Below are positions 12,436 through 25,624 of a stretch of DNA of 64,000 nt, piece after piece. Source of the stretch: Phoronis australis (lineage: Eukaryota > Animalia > Phoronida); the NCBI GenBank assembly GCA_002633005.1, contig NMRA01000014.1, forward strand, positions 1,774,275-1,838,274, in the 5' to 3' direction. Position numbers and translations under genes: made by a program. Within the stretch, counting starts at the first letter, position 1. Every line of letters starts with the position of its first letter. The notes below the pieces were generated by a model that was not told where the DNA came from, ran no database searches, and saw only the letters and a program-made list of their open reading frames with translations.

Positions 12436-12890
12436 GGGATGCAGCCATCAGGATTTGAGTAACCGTGAACCAACAAAGATTCACGGAGAGTAAGAATGGG
12501 TCAAAGCACCGAGCGCACTGACGGGTATCTGGTAGCTGCCTGAAGTAACTATAGCTGGGTCTAAGGTCAAGGTTCCTTCTATTAGGATCCAGTTTCGGGA
12601 AAACCTCATTTTCTTATGGCCATTCTTTGAAGAAATTTTTGGAAAGGTGAGGCCCCGAAGTGCCTGGTATGAGTGCCTTTGTGGCCATTTCATAATCCTT
12701 TGACGAAACTCAGTCGGTAGTCCAGTCTCTGGTTGCTGAGGAAATGATACAGAGTGTGTCCAAAAATGTACACACTTCAACGTCTGGAGTTCAAACTCAG
12801 TTCCCGTGGGTAACTGAGATTCTAAGCAGGCCTACTGCATGGTTACACCTTATTTTTAACGTATGTGTGCCTGTCATGACGTGCTCTGTG

Positions 12891-13128
12891 CATGCGCGCA
12901 CCTGGGGGTATGGACTCGGGGATCTCGATGGCAAAGTGGGCAAAAAGGTCCGCCGCAGAGAAAAAAATGTTTGAGTAAAACGACACAAAATTCCCCTAAA
13001 AGGACAGGATTCGGCGTATGCACAATTCATAGCCCTTAACGAACCCCGTATTCGTTTTTTTAGTAAGTAAAAAGTCCACATCCTCAAAAATTGGAGCCTC
13101 CCTATATTTTAGGCTGGGTACTCGCATG
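12891..13128 (-). mobile_element. MITE family B, reverse orientation
   Basis: TIRs CATGCGCGCACC...GGGTACTCGCATG; flanks CTGTG/CCGTG. Confidence 0.8.
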
Positions 13129-13603
13129 CCGTGGGCGTACGGTATGCACGGGAAATGCAAGCAAACAATTCAGCTTTGAAGAACAATAATTCATTGCGCA
13201 ATACTACTGGAAATCAAAAACATCAAGGAAGTTCAAAGACAACATTTCCAAGTTGATGACCATTAAGTTGGATTTTATTTATTTAAGTACTTAAACTTCG
13301 TTTTTTATCTACGGTTTGTAAACTTAAACCCAGTAACTTAGTTCCTAAACCAATAAACAATTTATTGCCATTTGAATTGTGAGAGTGACATTTTAGCACA
13401 CATTGTTGAGCTGTCCGAAATTTCCGTGAGACTTATTTCAGACAGACAAAAATCGTTTACCGTACTTTTATATTTGGGGGTCTGATGATAGATCGAATTT
13501 TCCCAATGTCGGCCTGCAATTAAGTTCATTGAAGTATTGTCATTTCTTACAGGACTAGCTTCTAATTGTCAAAAAAAATCATGTCTCAATCAGTCCACTT
13601 TCG

Positions 13604-14019
13604 TAGATACATAAACATGTAAATCAGAAAGCAACAATTAAATCCATGAGCAATGCGTTTACCTTGATTTAATGACTTAATTTCTTTTTGATCCCCAGTT
13701 ATTGACTTTAAACAACAAATCTTGTACCGAAGTAAAAAAGCAATGCATTTATTGTCATTTGAATTGCGAGTAAATTTTTTTGGGGAAGTGTCTTAATTTC
13801 ATCAATGTTTTTGAGAGTTATTTTAGATAGGCAAACAGCGTGCAAGTGCACTTCACTATTTGAGGATAGGATTATACAGTAGTTTTTTTTTTCATATTCA
13901 GGATTCAACTAAATTCACTGAATCGTCATCATTTCTTTAAAGATTAGTTCTAATTGCAGAAATCACCTATTAACCTGTCGGTTTTCATAGATACATAAAC
14001 ATGTAAATCAGAAACCAAC
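13604..14019 (+). repeat. Dispersed direct repeat (~32 bp, two copies at 13604 and 13988)
   Basis: TAGATACATAAACATGTAAATCAGAAA(G/C)CAAC occurs twice, 384 bp apart. Confidence 0.75.
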
Positions 14020-15951
14020 GAAATTGTTGATCAAAATGGAATATTATAAGCAATTTCCGCAGGCATGCTCGCAGATTTTTGTTGGGTAACCGGAGGAAAT
14101 GAGAGATTGGGCATTCATAGTAAGGTGTATTTTTGCTCTTTCCGAGGTACACGAGTTTAACTTGACCTAAAAAAACGCTGATATATTTGTTCAATTCGTT
14201 TATTATTGCGAGTATTTGGGTACACTCGTTCGACATGTACAATGTACACAGTCACCCCAATGGTAGCCTCGACAGCAGTGTTTTCCACATGTGGGTATTC
14301 TTTACAAACAAGTCATAGTAACCATCTTCAAAAAAGATACTATTAATGTGATGATATGGGAAACAGTAACATTAATTTTTAATTAACCATCGGAAATAGC
14401 GGTCTTCCTGACTCCCTTTCGATGGCGGTCAATCCTATTGCATTTTTCAGATTTTTTGTTGTTTGGGTTGAATGTCTTGATACTGCTGTGCTGTGCATCA
14501 ATGTTTTTCTTTGTTTTTTAGTCAATTTCGAATCACAACTTCCCTCGTGAATACTTGGTAGTGTCGGATTTACATGCATAGAGGGACAAGAGGACATTTC
14601 TCGGAACTGCTCCACCGAGAGAGGGTGCCGTCTGAAATGGGACACCTTAAGAATGAAAAGCTAAACATCATTAAGCTTGGAAAAGAGTGACAGTTCATTC
14701 CACCGTCGTGTGGTCAGACGACGGTGCAAGAAGTGACCTTCATCAACATGAAAGTTGGTTGCACAATTTTACAAAAAAAAAACAGGAAAATAGACGTAAT
14801 GGAGTCCAACATTATGGGAACTCTCTCCGTCAGTGTAGGCTTAAAAATGTGTTAATAGAAACATAAAAACTGTGGCTACTTGAATATCATCAGTGGCCTC
14901 CTTCAGACACGGGGCTTCTCTGTTTGAAAATATCTATATTTTGAAAAATCAAGAAATGTGCAGCAATTGATTATATATCTGTCAGGGTTATCAAATTTTC
15001 GAAAGTGATATACAATTCGAGAAAAAGAGCGACAGTTGTCTCCCTTATACCTTGCCAGAGAGGGACCTCTGGAAAAGTATGGTTTTGCAGTCGCAAAATT
15101 GACTTACTGAGTTTAAAAACCAGTAAAATAATACGCTCCGCAAAAGCTTCGCTTTAAAAATTTTGTCAAGTTTTCGAAATATATGCATGAACCATTACGT
15201 GCACGTTTCCAAATGCCTTTAGACGATCTGTGCTGCGAAAGTTGGGTCTCCAACAACAATGTCCTGGCCAGGTCCTCAAAAGGTAAACCATGCACTGATA
15301 CAGAGTTGTTCATGTTCACTTGAGTTTTCTCTCTTATCCGAATTTAGCAGTATTTCGTTTCTCGACTGTCCCCGCCCAACGTGTATGTCGGTTGCCACGG
15401 TTTAACCCTGACGCCTGAAAATTTTTGGGGTGCCTGTGCCCCCCCCCCTCCCGGACCCTCCCCTCTTCCTACGGCCCTGAAAATAAAGTTGTAGTAAGAA
15501 TTGGTGCAATGCGTAGTGTTAAAAATCGAGTTGTCATGGCATGTTAAAATGGAGAGGTGTTCCTAACTTATTCAAGGGATGTGTGAAGGCGTGACTTGAA
15601 GATGGTCGGGAACTGATCGGTATTTTACCTGCCTGAGCCGAAAAGGAATCGATTACGAACGTGCAACTCTACTCGCACTTGCTGAAGTTCGATTTCAACT
15701 CATCATGTAATGTAATCAGTTCACTCCTTTGGAGCAGATGAGGTCCCTGTTTTGCAAGTGTGTACTGCTATATTCACTTGCCCTAAGTAACTCTTCAACA
15801 CCCCTCGATTGTTGTCTTTGTCAGGCGTGCATTCCTGTGCAGTACCCTCTGCTCGTGTTGACAAAAGTGCTGAAAATTCCACTGGTGCCCTACCAGTAAC
15901 TAGACGGCTCCGATCTTTCTGGTTCATGATTGGTCGCCATCTCCCTTCCAA

Positions 15952-16386
15952 GTAAGCTTACTCTACACTCTCTCACAGTGCTACGAAATGTAGCGCTGTC
16001 GGATGTTGTTTAATAACGCTTCCCATTGATTAAAGAAATGAAACCGACGTCATAACATTCAGTAGTTCCCATTGGTTGAAATCTGGTAAACCACCTTCAG
16101 GTTATACATGTACGTAGTATGGCGACCACCTTTGACTTGAATAGTTACACTTTATTAAAACGGGTAGTGATCGAAGTAAATAAACACAAGAGAACCCCGA
16201 TCCAGTGACTTAAGCCCAAACAATTAGACTGCATAAAGACGTGTGCAAGTGGTGGCGATGTGATCAGTATACTTCTGACCAAGGCATGCGCACGGAATTC
16301 CGTGTGTCGTTCATCATGTTTCCACAGGTCCACTTTTCAGTATACCTATATATAGGTGGCGCTGTCAGAGGGTAAGCTTACTCTAC
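15952..16386. mobile_element. ~405-bp TIR element flanked by a 13-15 bp exact direct repeat
   Basis: GTAAGCTTACTCTAC is at 15952-15966 and 16372-16386. The inner ends ACTCTCTCACAGTGCTAC and GTGGCGCTGTCAGAGGGT are imperfect inverted repeats. Confidence 0.65.
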
Positions 16387-18194
16387 TTTCTTTAAAAAAA
16401 CTATAATTTCCGAAATATGTGAATCTGTCAGAATTTAACCACGTGAGTGCAATCACGAGTACCTTAAAATCTTCATGGAACGAATTTTCACTTTCAATCT
16501 CAGAGACATCAGTAATACATGCTACTAGCCTTTTCGCTTCATATTGCGTCTCTGCGAAAAAAACAACAAGTAAACAACGTTCGAAGGCAGTTGTTCTGAC
16601 AATTGGCCAATATCCGCGGTTTTAAGTTTGTATCTGTCACAGGTACCAGAAAGTTTGTTCGAATTAATTGAGTATTTTCAAGGTGAAGTAGACGAAAGTT
16701 AAGAAATAAGCATATTTAATTTAATTAAGATTGAAAATATTTGAAGTTGTGTTCAACGAGCATTATTTTGGATTAGGTTTCGACTGAACTAACTCGCGTC
16801 AAAATTCGTTTTATATGAAGTTTCTAACTACACTGAAGTGGAAATAGTGTCTTAAATTATACATGTATGTGCTGGTTTACTGATTTTCTTCGTGCCGGTA
16901 TTATAAAACTTTTTCTTAACCTCAAAAACCTCAAATCGAAGGGTTTTGGCTATACGTAAAACTCACAGGTATGAATTTTCTTCTTCATTGCTTTGTTTTG
17001 ATACATCACGTATTTGTATGAAATCTGGAAATAAGAGTCCCCATATTACGTATTTAACTCAAAAAGCGTCAAATAAGAATATGCAATTTGACTTTTTTAA
17101 AAACAGGCAATTCCAAGATCACGAATTAAATTCCGGATTTCAGTAAGTCGAATGCTGTGTAGCTGCAAAACTTTCTTCTTTAATTAATTCAAATTTGCCC
17201 TTTCACCACGAAATAAAGTGAATCGGCAACTTTTAAAACGCTCACCTCGTAAGCCAACGCTACTGTGACTTATCTTACTAAGACCTGGTCATATTATCTC
17301 CACATGTAACCACATTCAGTATTTTCAGACAAAAAGGCATGGCATTTGATCTTGTGCATTACATTTTATTGTTGATAGCACTTCGTAAATCATTTGCAAG
17401 GGGGGAGCCACCGGTCACGCAAGGCAGTGTGGGCAATGTTTTGGAGTTCGCTGCGGGAATGGCTTTCTGGTAGACGACGTGTTATACAATAGTCTAAACT
17501 TATTTTTGTTCTAAGTTCAAAATATTTCTTTCAGCTAGTGCCGTTTGGATGACAGATAATTCGATAAACTCAGACCATTTTGCTAAAATCTTTTGCGTTC
17601 ATTTTAGAAGCGATCGTAGGAGTGCGTCTTTCAATACGCAGAAGAGTACTACAAAAATGCTATGCATTTAATTTTCTTACTAGTGAAACTGGATCATCTT
17701 GCGATACTGTTTTCACCCTACTAAGTCTGCAAGTGATCGTGAAAACCGGTGACCGGATTTTAAAAGACCTGACTGTCCTTATGGTAGCTCTGATTGTCAC
17801 ACCCGCCCACATACACAGCTGGGGAAGTTCACCCGAACGCCAAAAAATTCCAAAAATTTTTGCGCATATCAAAATGGCGGCAACCAATATACAGATCTTC
17901 CTCTCAACACCAAAACAGTTCTGCCCAGCCACCTTTCGCATATCAAAATGGTGGCGAACAACAGAGAGGTCTCTGGGCAACCAAAAAATGCCAAGGGACT
18001 GCTTCTGATTTTGAAAAGTTGAGCTTCATCTATTGTGCATTCCGTATAACTAGTAAAAAACATGTACCTCTGACTGAAATGTAACCAGTTTCCATGAAAT
18101 CATTTGACAGTACTTGTACGCCGAGCCGATGGGCGTCGAGCCGGCTGTTCTCAATCCCCTTGGTCTTGCCGTAACCAGGGTAGAGCCCATTTAA

Positions 18195-18566
18195 GCTAGT
18201 GCATGTGCCTCAATTGAAAAGAAAGATCTCGAGAGATTCCGCGAGATATCGCCTTGTATTTTCAACGAGAGCACGTAATTTTAGCTAGATTTTCTCGCCG
18301 CAAAACATCTATTCAACTCTAATCTGGTGATTGGAGCAGTTTGCCAAAAAGTTGCAAAGCAGTCGTTTTTCATGACAACTTTGAGGGTACATGTACTTTT
18401 GGTTATTTTGCTCAGAGGGCGCTGCGACCAAATCAGACGCAGGTTGACGTTTGTGTTAGGGGTCGTGACCGTAACAACAAGGCATCAACTTGATTTTGTT
18501 CCAAGTTGTTCGACTTAAGGTGAGAAATTGTTTCATTGGCATAGCAGCAGATTAATGGCGGTAAGT
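18195..18566 (+). promoter_or_regulatory. Candidate promoter / first exon
   Basis: The region is CpG-richer, with two TCTCGCGAGA-like motifs (~18227-18250) and an inverted CCAAT (~18330). A strong donor ATGGCG|GTAAGT follows at 18560. Confidence 0.3.
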
Positions 18567-20544
18567 AGTTTACTTAATATAAATTGTTGTACGATTAATT
18601 CAAGGGAATTGTGTGGGAAAAACGAGTGATTGATGCCACCTTTCGGTACGTAGTGGTTGCATTCCTGGCGGCATTGTAACTGACTACGACTACGTTAATT
18701 ATTTTTGTCCTTTTTGTATGAATTGTGTAAAAATTCGAGTCATAAACCGGCAGAGGTATTGCATGATCCAATAACTTTGCACAGTTTGCACGTAGTCACC
18801 ATCGGAGATTTTTCCGTTTCTGGTTTAAACAGTGAATGCCTGTGAGTGTGAGTGACTCCCTCCAGTGATGTGGGTACACCTGTACCATGATTCAGTAGGC
18901 TGACTGGATTTATTACAATCGAAGTGAAACAGAAAACTGAATTTTCATTTTTTCATTGGTAGGTGATATATGATGTATTATGCTATATGGCAATAAAAAT
19001 AATATTGAAATAGTTAACCCATATACTTTTAGGATGCACTACTTTCACTTTCTTTAGGAACAAAAGTATTTTGGAGAATTAACACAGTGAGTGAATGGTT
19101 GTTGGAGTATTGATATAGTTGTTTTGGGATAATTTCAGTTTCTGTGAAAGAGAATGATTAGCAGTCAGAAATGACCCCCAGGAACACTCTAGTGGAAATG
19201 GTACACCTTGTTTTCAATGACACGGCCATTACTGGAATGGGTGATTGCAATGGGTTAATGTTATCTTGATAGCAGAGGTTTTCATTTCTTGCTGGGTCTG
19301 AGAAAGTTTGCTGGGTCTTTCTCTTGTCTTTTAAATGATTGAGTTGGAGACATTTTCTTAATTTGTAATAATAAAAAGTGGATTTTGATGTTGTAGAGGC
19401 ATTTTTATGTTTTCTCAGCGTCCGTTTTCTTTCGAAAATACCCACCTACAAAGGAACACTGAATGGTGCTGAGTTAAGCAAACTATTCATTGCCTCGTTG
19501 TGGTGTATCGGTTGTCTTCTTCTTGACATGATTAAAGAGTGTTCATTGAAATTGTTTGCTTGAATCCGTTTATTTATCTAAAATCTAAGAAACTACGGTG
19601 TAAGTATATACACATTGTCTTATTTTCCATTTCAGCATTATAAATCAAGAATACCTGACCCTCTGTAAAGTTCCTGATAGGACATTTTTCTGGTAAAATG
19701 TTTTAATGTTTTCTGCACTTTGAAGGGAATATTTTGGAGTACAAATTTGGAGGAAGACCTGATAAAATGCGTTTAACTGAATATTTCATTTTACAATGGG
19801 CTCTTATGAATGCAATAAATTTGTTTTTTTTTTTGTTGTTGTGCCATATTTATGGGCAGTATTCATGTAAACTGGTCACATTCATTGGAATCACAAGATA
19901 CTTGAACATAGTTTGCCAGTGCAGACTGTCTTTCAGTCAAGAACAACCTTGAAATATCTGTAATGTGATGACGCATTGCCTTCAACCATCGCCATCTGAT
20001 AATTTGAACTCTACATGTTTAGAAATCTGATTTCAACTCGGTTGTCTACCCTAGTAAACATGGTTACCGTTTTTCAACATGTCAAGTGTAAACAACATGA
20101 AAAAACATTGTACAAATTTTATTGCCGGCATCGGTTAGACCTTTTACACGTGGTTTACTTAATGCTTGGAAGGTTACTAACCGACTGATCACCAAAAAGG
20201 AAACCTCTCGCCTTCGTGTTTAGACTTCGCGATTCAAACCATTGTATTGTTTCACAATCGGTCATACCTTTGCTCTTATTTATGAAATCGTTTCTTTTGT
20301 GTTCAGGAAAGAGGTGAAATGAGGGTGGTTCGATGATGGAATGAATTATCAGTCTTTTCGTTTTTTGTACATGACATGTTAGAGTAATTTGGGCTGCTTG
20401 TCTTTCATATTAAGTAACCCTCTCATACGTGGTCCACTTTTAGAAGGTTGCCCATGGTAGCTGCGCGTTTGCCGCCCAATAAATCCGGGTTTTTATTTTT
20501 ATTTAGGACCATAAAAATGTTCTAATTTGGTTGAATTCGAATCA

Positions 20545-20880
20545 TTGTATCTCAGAAATGGCTGATCGGGTTCAAATGAAACTTTCGATTATTTTATGCT
20601 TCATGCATTTTTCTACACAAGTCTTTTAGTGATTCTTTTTAAAATACTCCATTTTTTCACGAGAATTTTTAAAAATAGAATTTCAAAACAAACTCAAGTT
20701 GCATCAAACAAAATCGCTTACTCAAACTCTTTAGAAAACTGTAAAAGGGTTTTTGAAGTCTCATCTTCAAGATTTATATCATCAAATAAAATTTGGTCAT
20801 GTTATCATTGTTTTGGTAGCAATGCACATTTATTTTTTGCTAGTTTTTACTGAAAGGACATGACCCTGTGACCCAATTAC
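20545..20880 (+). repeat. Old interspersed repeat family D
   Basis: Diverged similarity (AAATTTGG(C/T)C(A/G)TG(C/T)TAT ... GGACATG..TGACC) to 41740-41925 and 43088-43330. Segment 20545-20585 is inverted at about 46495-46545. Confidence 0.55.
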
Positions 20881-23800
20881 TGACATGTTGGTAGAAAGTC
20901 AGAAAATCTAATTCTTCAGGCTTTCTAAATTTGTTAAATATCATACTTTTACTGAGTTAAAATTTATAGACGTGAGCCTGATAACGTATACATGTACTTG
21001 TCAATAAGGTCCTACACCAGGAGGAAAATTGATCACGGATACTGCAAAATACGTTTGCGTGAAGCACAGCTACTGTACAAGAAAACGTCCGGCCGAATCA
21101 ATCAAAACTTTTAGTTAAAGCGCGAAAGATAGAAAAATTTAAAGGCCACTATTTGTGAATTGTACAAGGACAATATTCTAGATGGTTTTATCACTCGTTT
21201 AATGAATTCATTTAGTTCAGTAAGTTCGTCTCAGTGCACAGGATACATGTAACTAGGATGAGAAGCTGTTCCGTTGACAACCCATCGTTTTTCCAGTGTT
21301 GAAGGAGAGGGGGTGTACATACAAAACTTGCTTTGTCGACCAGACTGGCATTAGTATGATTTTTGACGATCATGTACATCGTACGTGCCTAACGGATTTG
21401 CTCAAAATGCGTGTCGTGCGATTTTTGGAGTGAAGGCATAACTGTAAAGCCGCGACAGGCCTACAGTGGAATGAACCAAAATTCACATAAACACCAAATA
21501 CAAAATTCTGAAGGGAGTGGCCCAAAACCCCCTGGACGTCTTGCATCCCCTGCTCTCCCGGTTGCAAATCAACTATATACATCTGCGCTCATACCTCGGT
21601 TAATTGCCTAGACATCCCATATTGTAAACTGCGAGCTTTATAAAGTCTTGGAGCTGTATAGATGGCAATTAAAGGGACATTTTATATATCTTTATTCGTC
21701 AATGTTAAGTCGAAAATATAAAACGATAGTTCTTAGACTTTACATTGATAGGTATAGTTCCAGGACTTGGCTCCGAGCAGTGAGATCGACTTGAGACCAA
21801 AAAAGACCGTACGACATTGTTTGATGACTATAGTTGATTCTTATAGCGAAGGTAGTAAGGCAAATGCTATCGGTGAAAAACAATACACATGAAAGAGGTG
21901 GTGCACGAATTTGAAAACTTCCACCACAACAGATTGTTTCCTTGATAGTTCAAAAGTTAGGAAGATGTTCATTGGTAGCGTCCCAATGACGAAATACTTA
22001 CTGTTACAAACAACCACTCGCATACTTTCAAATGTTAGCGAGCGCATTTCATCGGTCGTTCACGGTGGTGGCACGTCACACGGGATAGCCAATGACACGT
22101 CAGCGGCCATTAAACCACAACATCAGCATCCTCCAAAATTTCAGTATGGTCTAAATTTTACACTCACAAATGGTGGTTTTTCCCTCTGTGCACGATATTG
22201 TAGCCCTTAAGTGTCAGAGTAGTGGGTGGGATTGCAAAAGTGCCGCACAGGATTACAATTATATAGTTCATCTGCGAAATATCGAAAACAGGTACAAATA
22301 CCCCCATGACAACCATTTCACAATCTTTCGAAAATTGTGATTTCAAAACCTTCACATCTTGGTCCTAAATGCTAAAATTCGGGTATCAGCAATTTTGGTA
22401 TGACATTTTAAGTATTTTTCTACAAGTAGTGTACATGCACTGTTAATCCAAAAACAGACGCAAAAAACAAACAATTAAAATGCTTGGGTGACGTCATCAG
22501 TGGATTCGGTCTTCACCATTGTGTTAAACACCGGCCGCGAGTCGAAGTGGTTTCAAAAACTGAGTTCGACTGAGTATTATGAAAAGTTGCATATACGGAG
22601 GATTCAGCAACAGCAATAGGAAAGACAATATTCAGTTTTTGCGTTTCCAAAAGACCCTAATGTCGCGCAGAAAATTGCACAGGTTCGTGCGTAGGACAGT
22701 ACACGGTGGAGCAAGCGAAAAGTTCAGAGGCCACGCTGTGCTCAGTCCATTACACAACGACAAATCGTGCTTCGATCTGTAGCAAAAACGGAGATGTAAC
22801 GAAGGTTTCTCTAACGTGTAAGTGCATGTGGTGGAGAAAAAGTGTACTGTTATGTACCATTGCTGGGAACGTGGTTGTCAGGCACGTATTGTGTATGAAC
22901 CCCAGCATCAAATTGTACTACTGAGACAATGAATGTGACTGCAGTAAGTTTCCATCAGTTTATTCTTGTTCAATATTTTCTGCATGTTATATACATATAT
23001 CTCAATGCCCAAAAGTGGAAAATGGGATGTACAAGTATACATGTATGCCACACAAATAGTTTGAGGTTGACAGCAACCGGCACAGAGGCTCAGTGGAGTC
23101 GGACACTGACCGAAATAATCGACGAACCACAACGATACAAAGCTGTTTATGATTTTGGAACATATAAGGCAAAAACGAGTATCAATTACCGGAAATAAAA
23201 TTCAGTTAGCATCACTTTAATTAGATATGATCGTTCCTAACAAACGCGCTTGGCATTCCTGGAAATGAAATCCGTGTCCGCTTTTATCGACTGGGCTTCG
23301 ACAGTCCGAGTAAAAATTTAGGTTAGATTTAGAGTTCGAGACACATTTTACTCGACACAAAAGTGGTTAGAACATTAAATCTTGATTCAATAAAAGGCTT
23401 TAATTACCACTCCGACTGTCCCGAAGACACCGGTGTGGAAGGGTCCAGTTCGTACGGCCTGCCGATATAGTGAGGTCTAACTCACCTGTTTCACCTATGG
23501 CCTGAGTGTCGTCTTAACCCTCATCTCCACACCTGTCTCCATAATACTAATCAAGCTCGCTCTCTAAAACTTCGTAACATACAAAATCACTACTATCGGC
23601 CATTTCATGTCTATTGTCAACTGATCAACGTCTTTCACTTTTGACAACACGTGGCGGGAAACCAAAAAAAATCATTAATTTTTCTTTAAAACTTCAAAAT
23701 TCCTCAATTATTTCCCAAAATAAGTGCTTGTTAAGTTAAACTTTGTGTTATAAAATTATTAACCACTGTCTAAAACCTCAAAAAGTGCAAAAAGACATTG

Positions 23801-24545
23801 TAGGAACGCTGAGGCCTTAGTCTCCCGCCCACTTACATGGAAAACGCACGTGAATTGATTTGTTTACTCTACCTAATTATGGGTCCAGTAAGATGGTGGA
23901 AGAAACCGTGTCCTCGTGCGTTGTCAATCAAATTCGAATGACCTCAGTATGAACTCCGATGAGCGCGTGCGTATACTAGTTCATGTGTTGCGTTCCTTCG
24001 ACAACAGCATCCTCGCGTGCGATCAAGCTACCGGGATTTTCTTTAGATAAGCCCATCCAGTGAAACGCCCATGGACGTTTATTCAGAAAATTATGCCGAA
24101 TACAACTTGTGATGTCAAGTGTCCAGACAGTCGGGAGGTTATTTGGAAATTTTCCTCGCAAAAGCCCACTCACCGTCAACTTTTTGTCACAAATTCTGTT
24201 TTGTGGAGCATTTTTTATTTATAAAAACGAACAAGGTGTTGGCGAATTACACATTTATTAACATAATCAAAATAACATAAAATTAAAAAACAGAGTTTTA
24301 AGTACAAAATGTCAAAATCAGCAAAAATATGACTTCCGTTTACACGCCACCTTTTCCGAATTAACCTCCCGGGACGTTGCTAAAGCGCCTGAAATTTTTC
24401 ATTTTCCGAATACACGCCCATGTTCTTATCTATGGAAATTCCCGGTAGCGAGTAGCGTTACAGGTTAATCTACTTTGACATTACTAAAGCGAGCGAGACG
24501 AATACCGTCCACTGTTTCAGTGAGTCCAGAAGAAATGACGAAACA

Positions 24546-24870
24546 GAGCCCTCGATTTTGAGGCCGAATATCGTCCCCATTCAACTGTGAAAGCTATTGA
24601 AAAATCACACGAAATTCCCAACCTCATGATGTCCAAAAATCCCCCTCGAGTATAATTGAAATATAAAAATCCCCTCGAGTTTCAAATCACTTGTAACTGA
24701 CACAGGTGACAATTTGATAGAACACAAAATGTTAGTTTGGCTACTCGAAGCAGAGCCTATGAGGGCTTGCAACAGGGTGGGGGTGCTATTGTTGGTGATT
24801 CTTCTCTCACCACGAAATATTTCCCTTTCAAAAGGCACAGGCACATTTCCCCTCGGATGAACGAGGGCCT
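24546..24870 (-). mobile_element. MITE family C (GCCCTCG TIRs)
   Basis: Ends GAGCCCTCGA...ACGAGGGCCT. It is colinear in reverse with 41281-41620. Confidence 0.75.
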
Positions 24871-25330
24871 TGTGAATACGAATGAAAGAAGACAGAGTAC
24901 CGTGGGGCGTTGATCGAAATGTAGACAGTGCGACGATTAAAAGAATTGTAATCGAATCGCGATACTGGAGCGACCGCTTTCGATATCGGATACGCCAAAG
25001 CCCATTTCGATTCGATGCTCAGTTCCATTTTTCGCCATACGGTGCCTTACAAAGTTTCGAGTTATTTGTATCCTTTGAACAGTATTATCATGCAATGAAA
25101 TATTTAATGTATAGTATTATCGGTGTGTTAAACCAATAATAAGCAACTCAGGGTCGTTCATGAGTTTTTTCACAGCTCAACGATCACAGTTGTCACAAGA
25201 AAATATTGACACTCTCATTTTCATGTAGTGAAGGGAAATAATGGATTGGAGTGGTAAGTTAGCTTATATTTGAGAAAAAAATAATCAATTTGACATAATA
25301 AGAATGGAATTGAAAAAAATCGAATGTTCT

Positions 25331-25624
25331 CAGGGACGGATCCAGGATTTTGAGTTAGGGGGGACAGGGCACAGGAATACATGTAACTAGAATTTTGCCT
25401 CATGATGTGCGCGCCCAGTCTAAAATAAAAAGTAGGGATGCGGGGAGTTTGTGGACCTTATGACTAAAACACGGGATTTTTTCAAGGCCTGTGCATAGTG
25501 CAATCGCCCCCCGAGCGCCCTGGGTGCGCGCATATGCTACGCCAGCACCCGAACTGCCAAATGGAATCTGGGAAAATTTTAGGGAGGGGAGCATGGCCCC
25601 AATGGCCCTCTAAATCCGCCACTG
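25331..25624 (+). mobile_element. MITE family A (hAT5-like)
   Basis: CAGGGACGGATCC...AATCCGCCACTG with exact TSD GTTCT/GTTCT. Confidence 0.85.

Noticed and set aside
17580-18084. Cluster of overlapping ORFs on both strands
   Set aside because: No recognisable domain. It contains a repeated CGCATATCAAAATGG motif, suggesting repeat-derived non-coding DNA.
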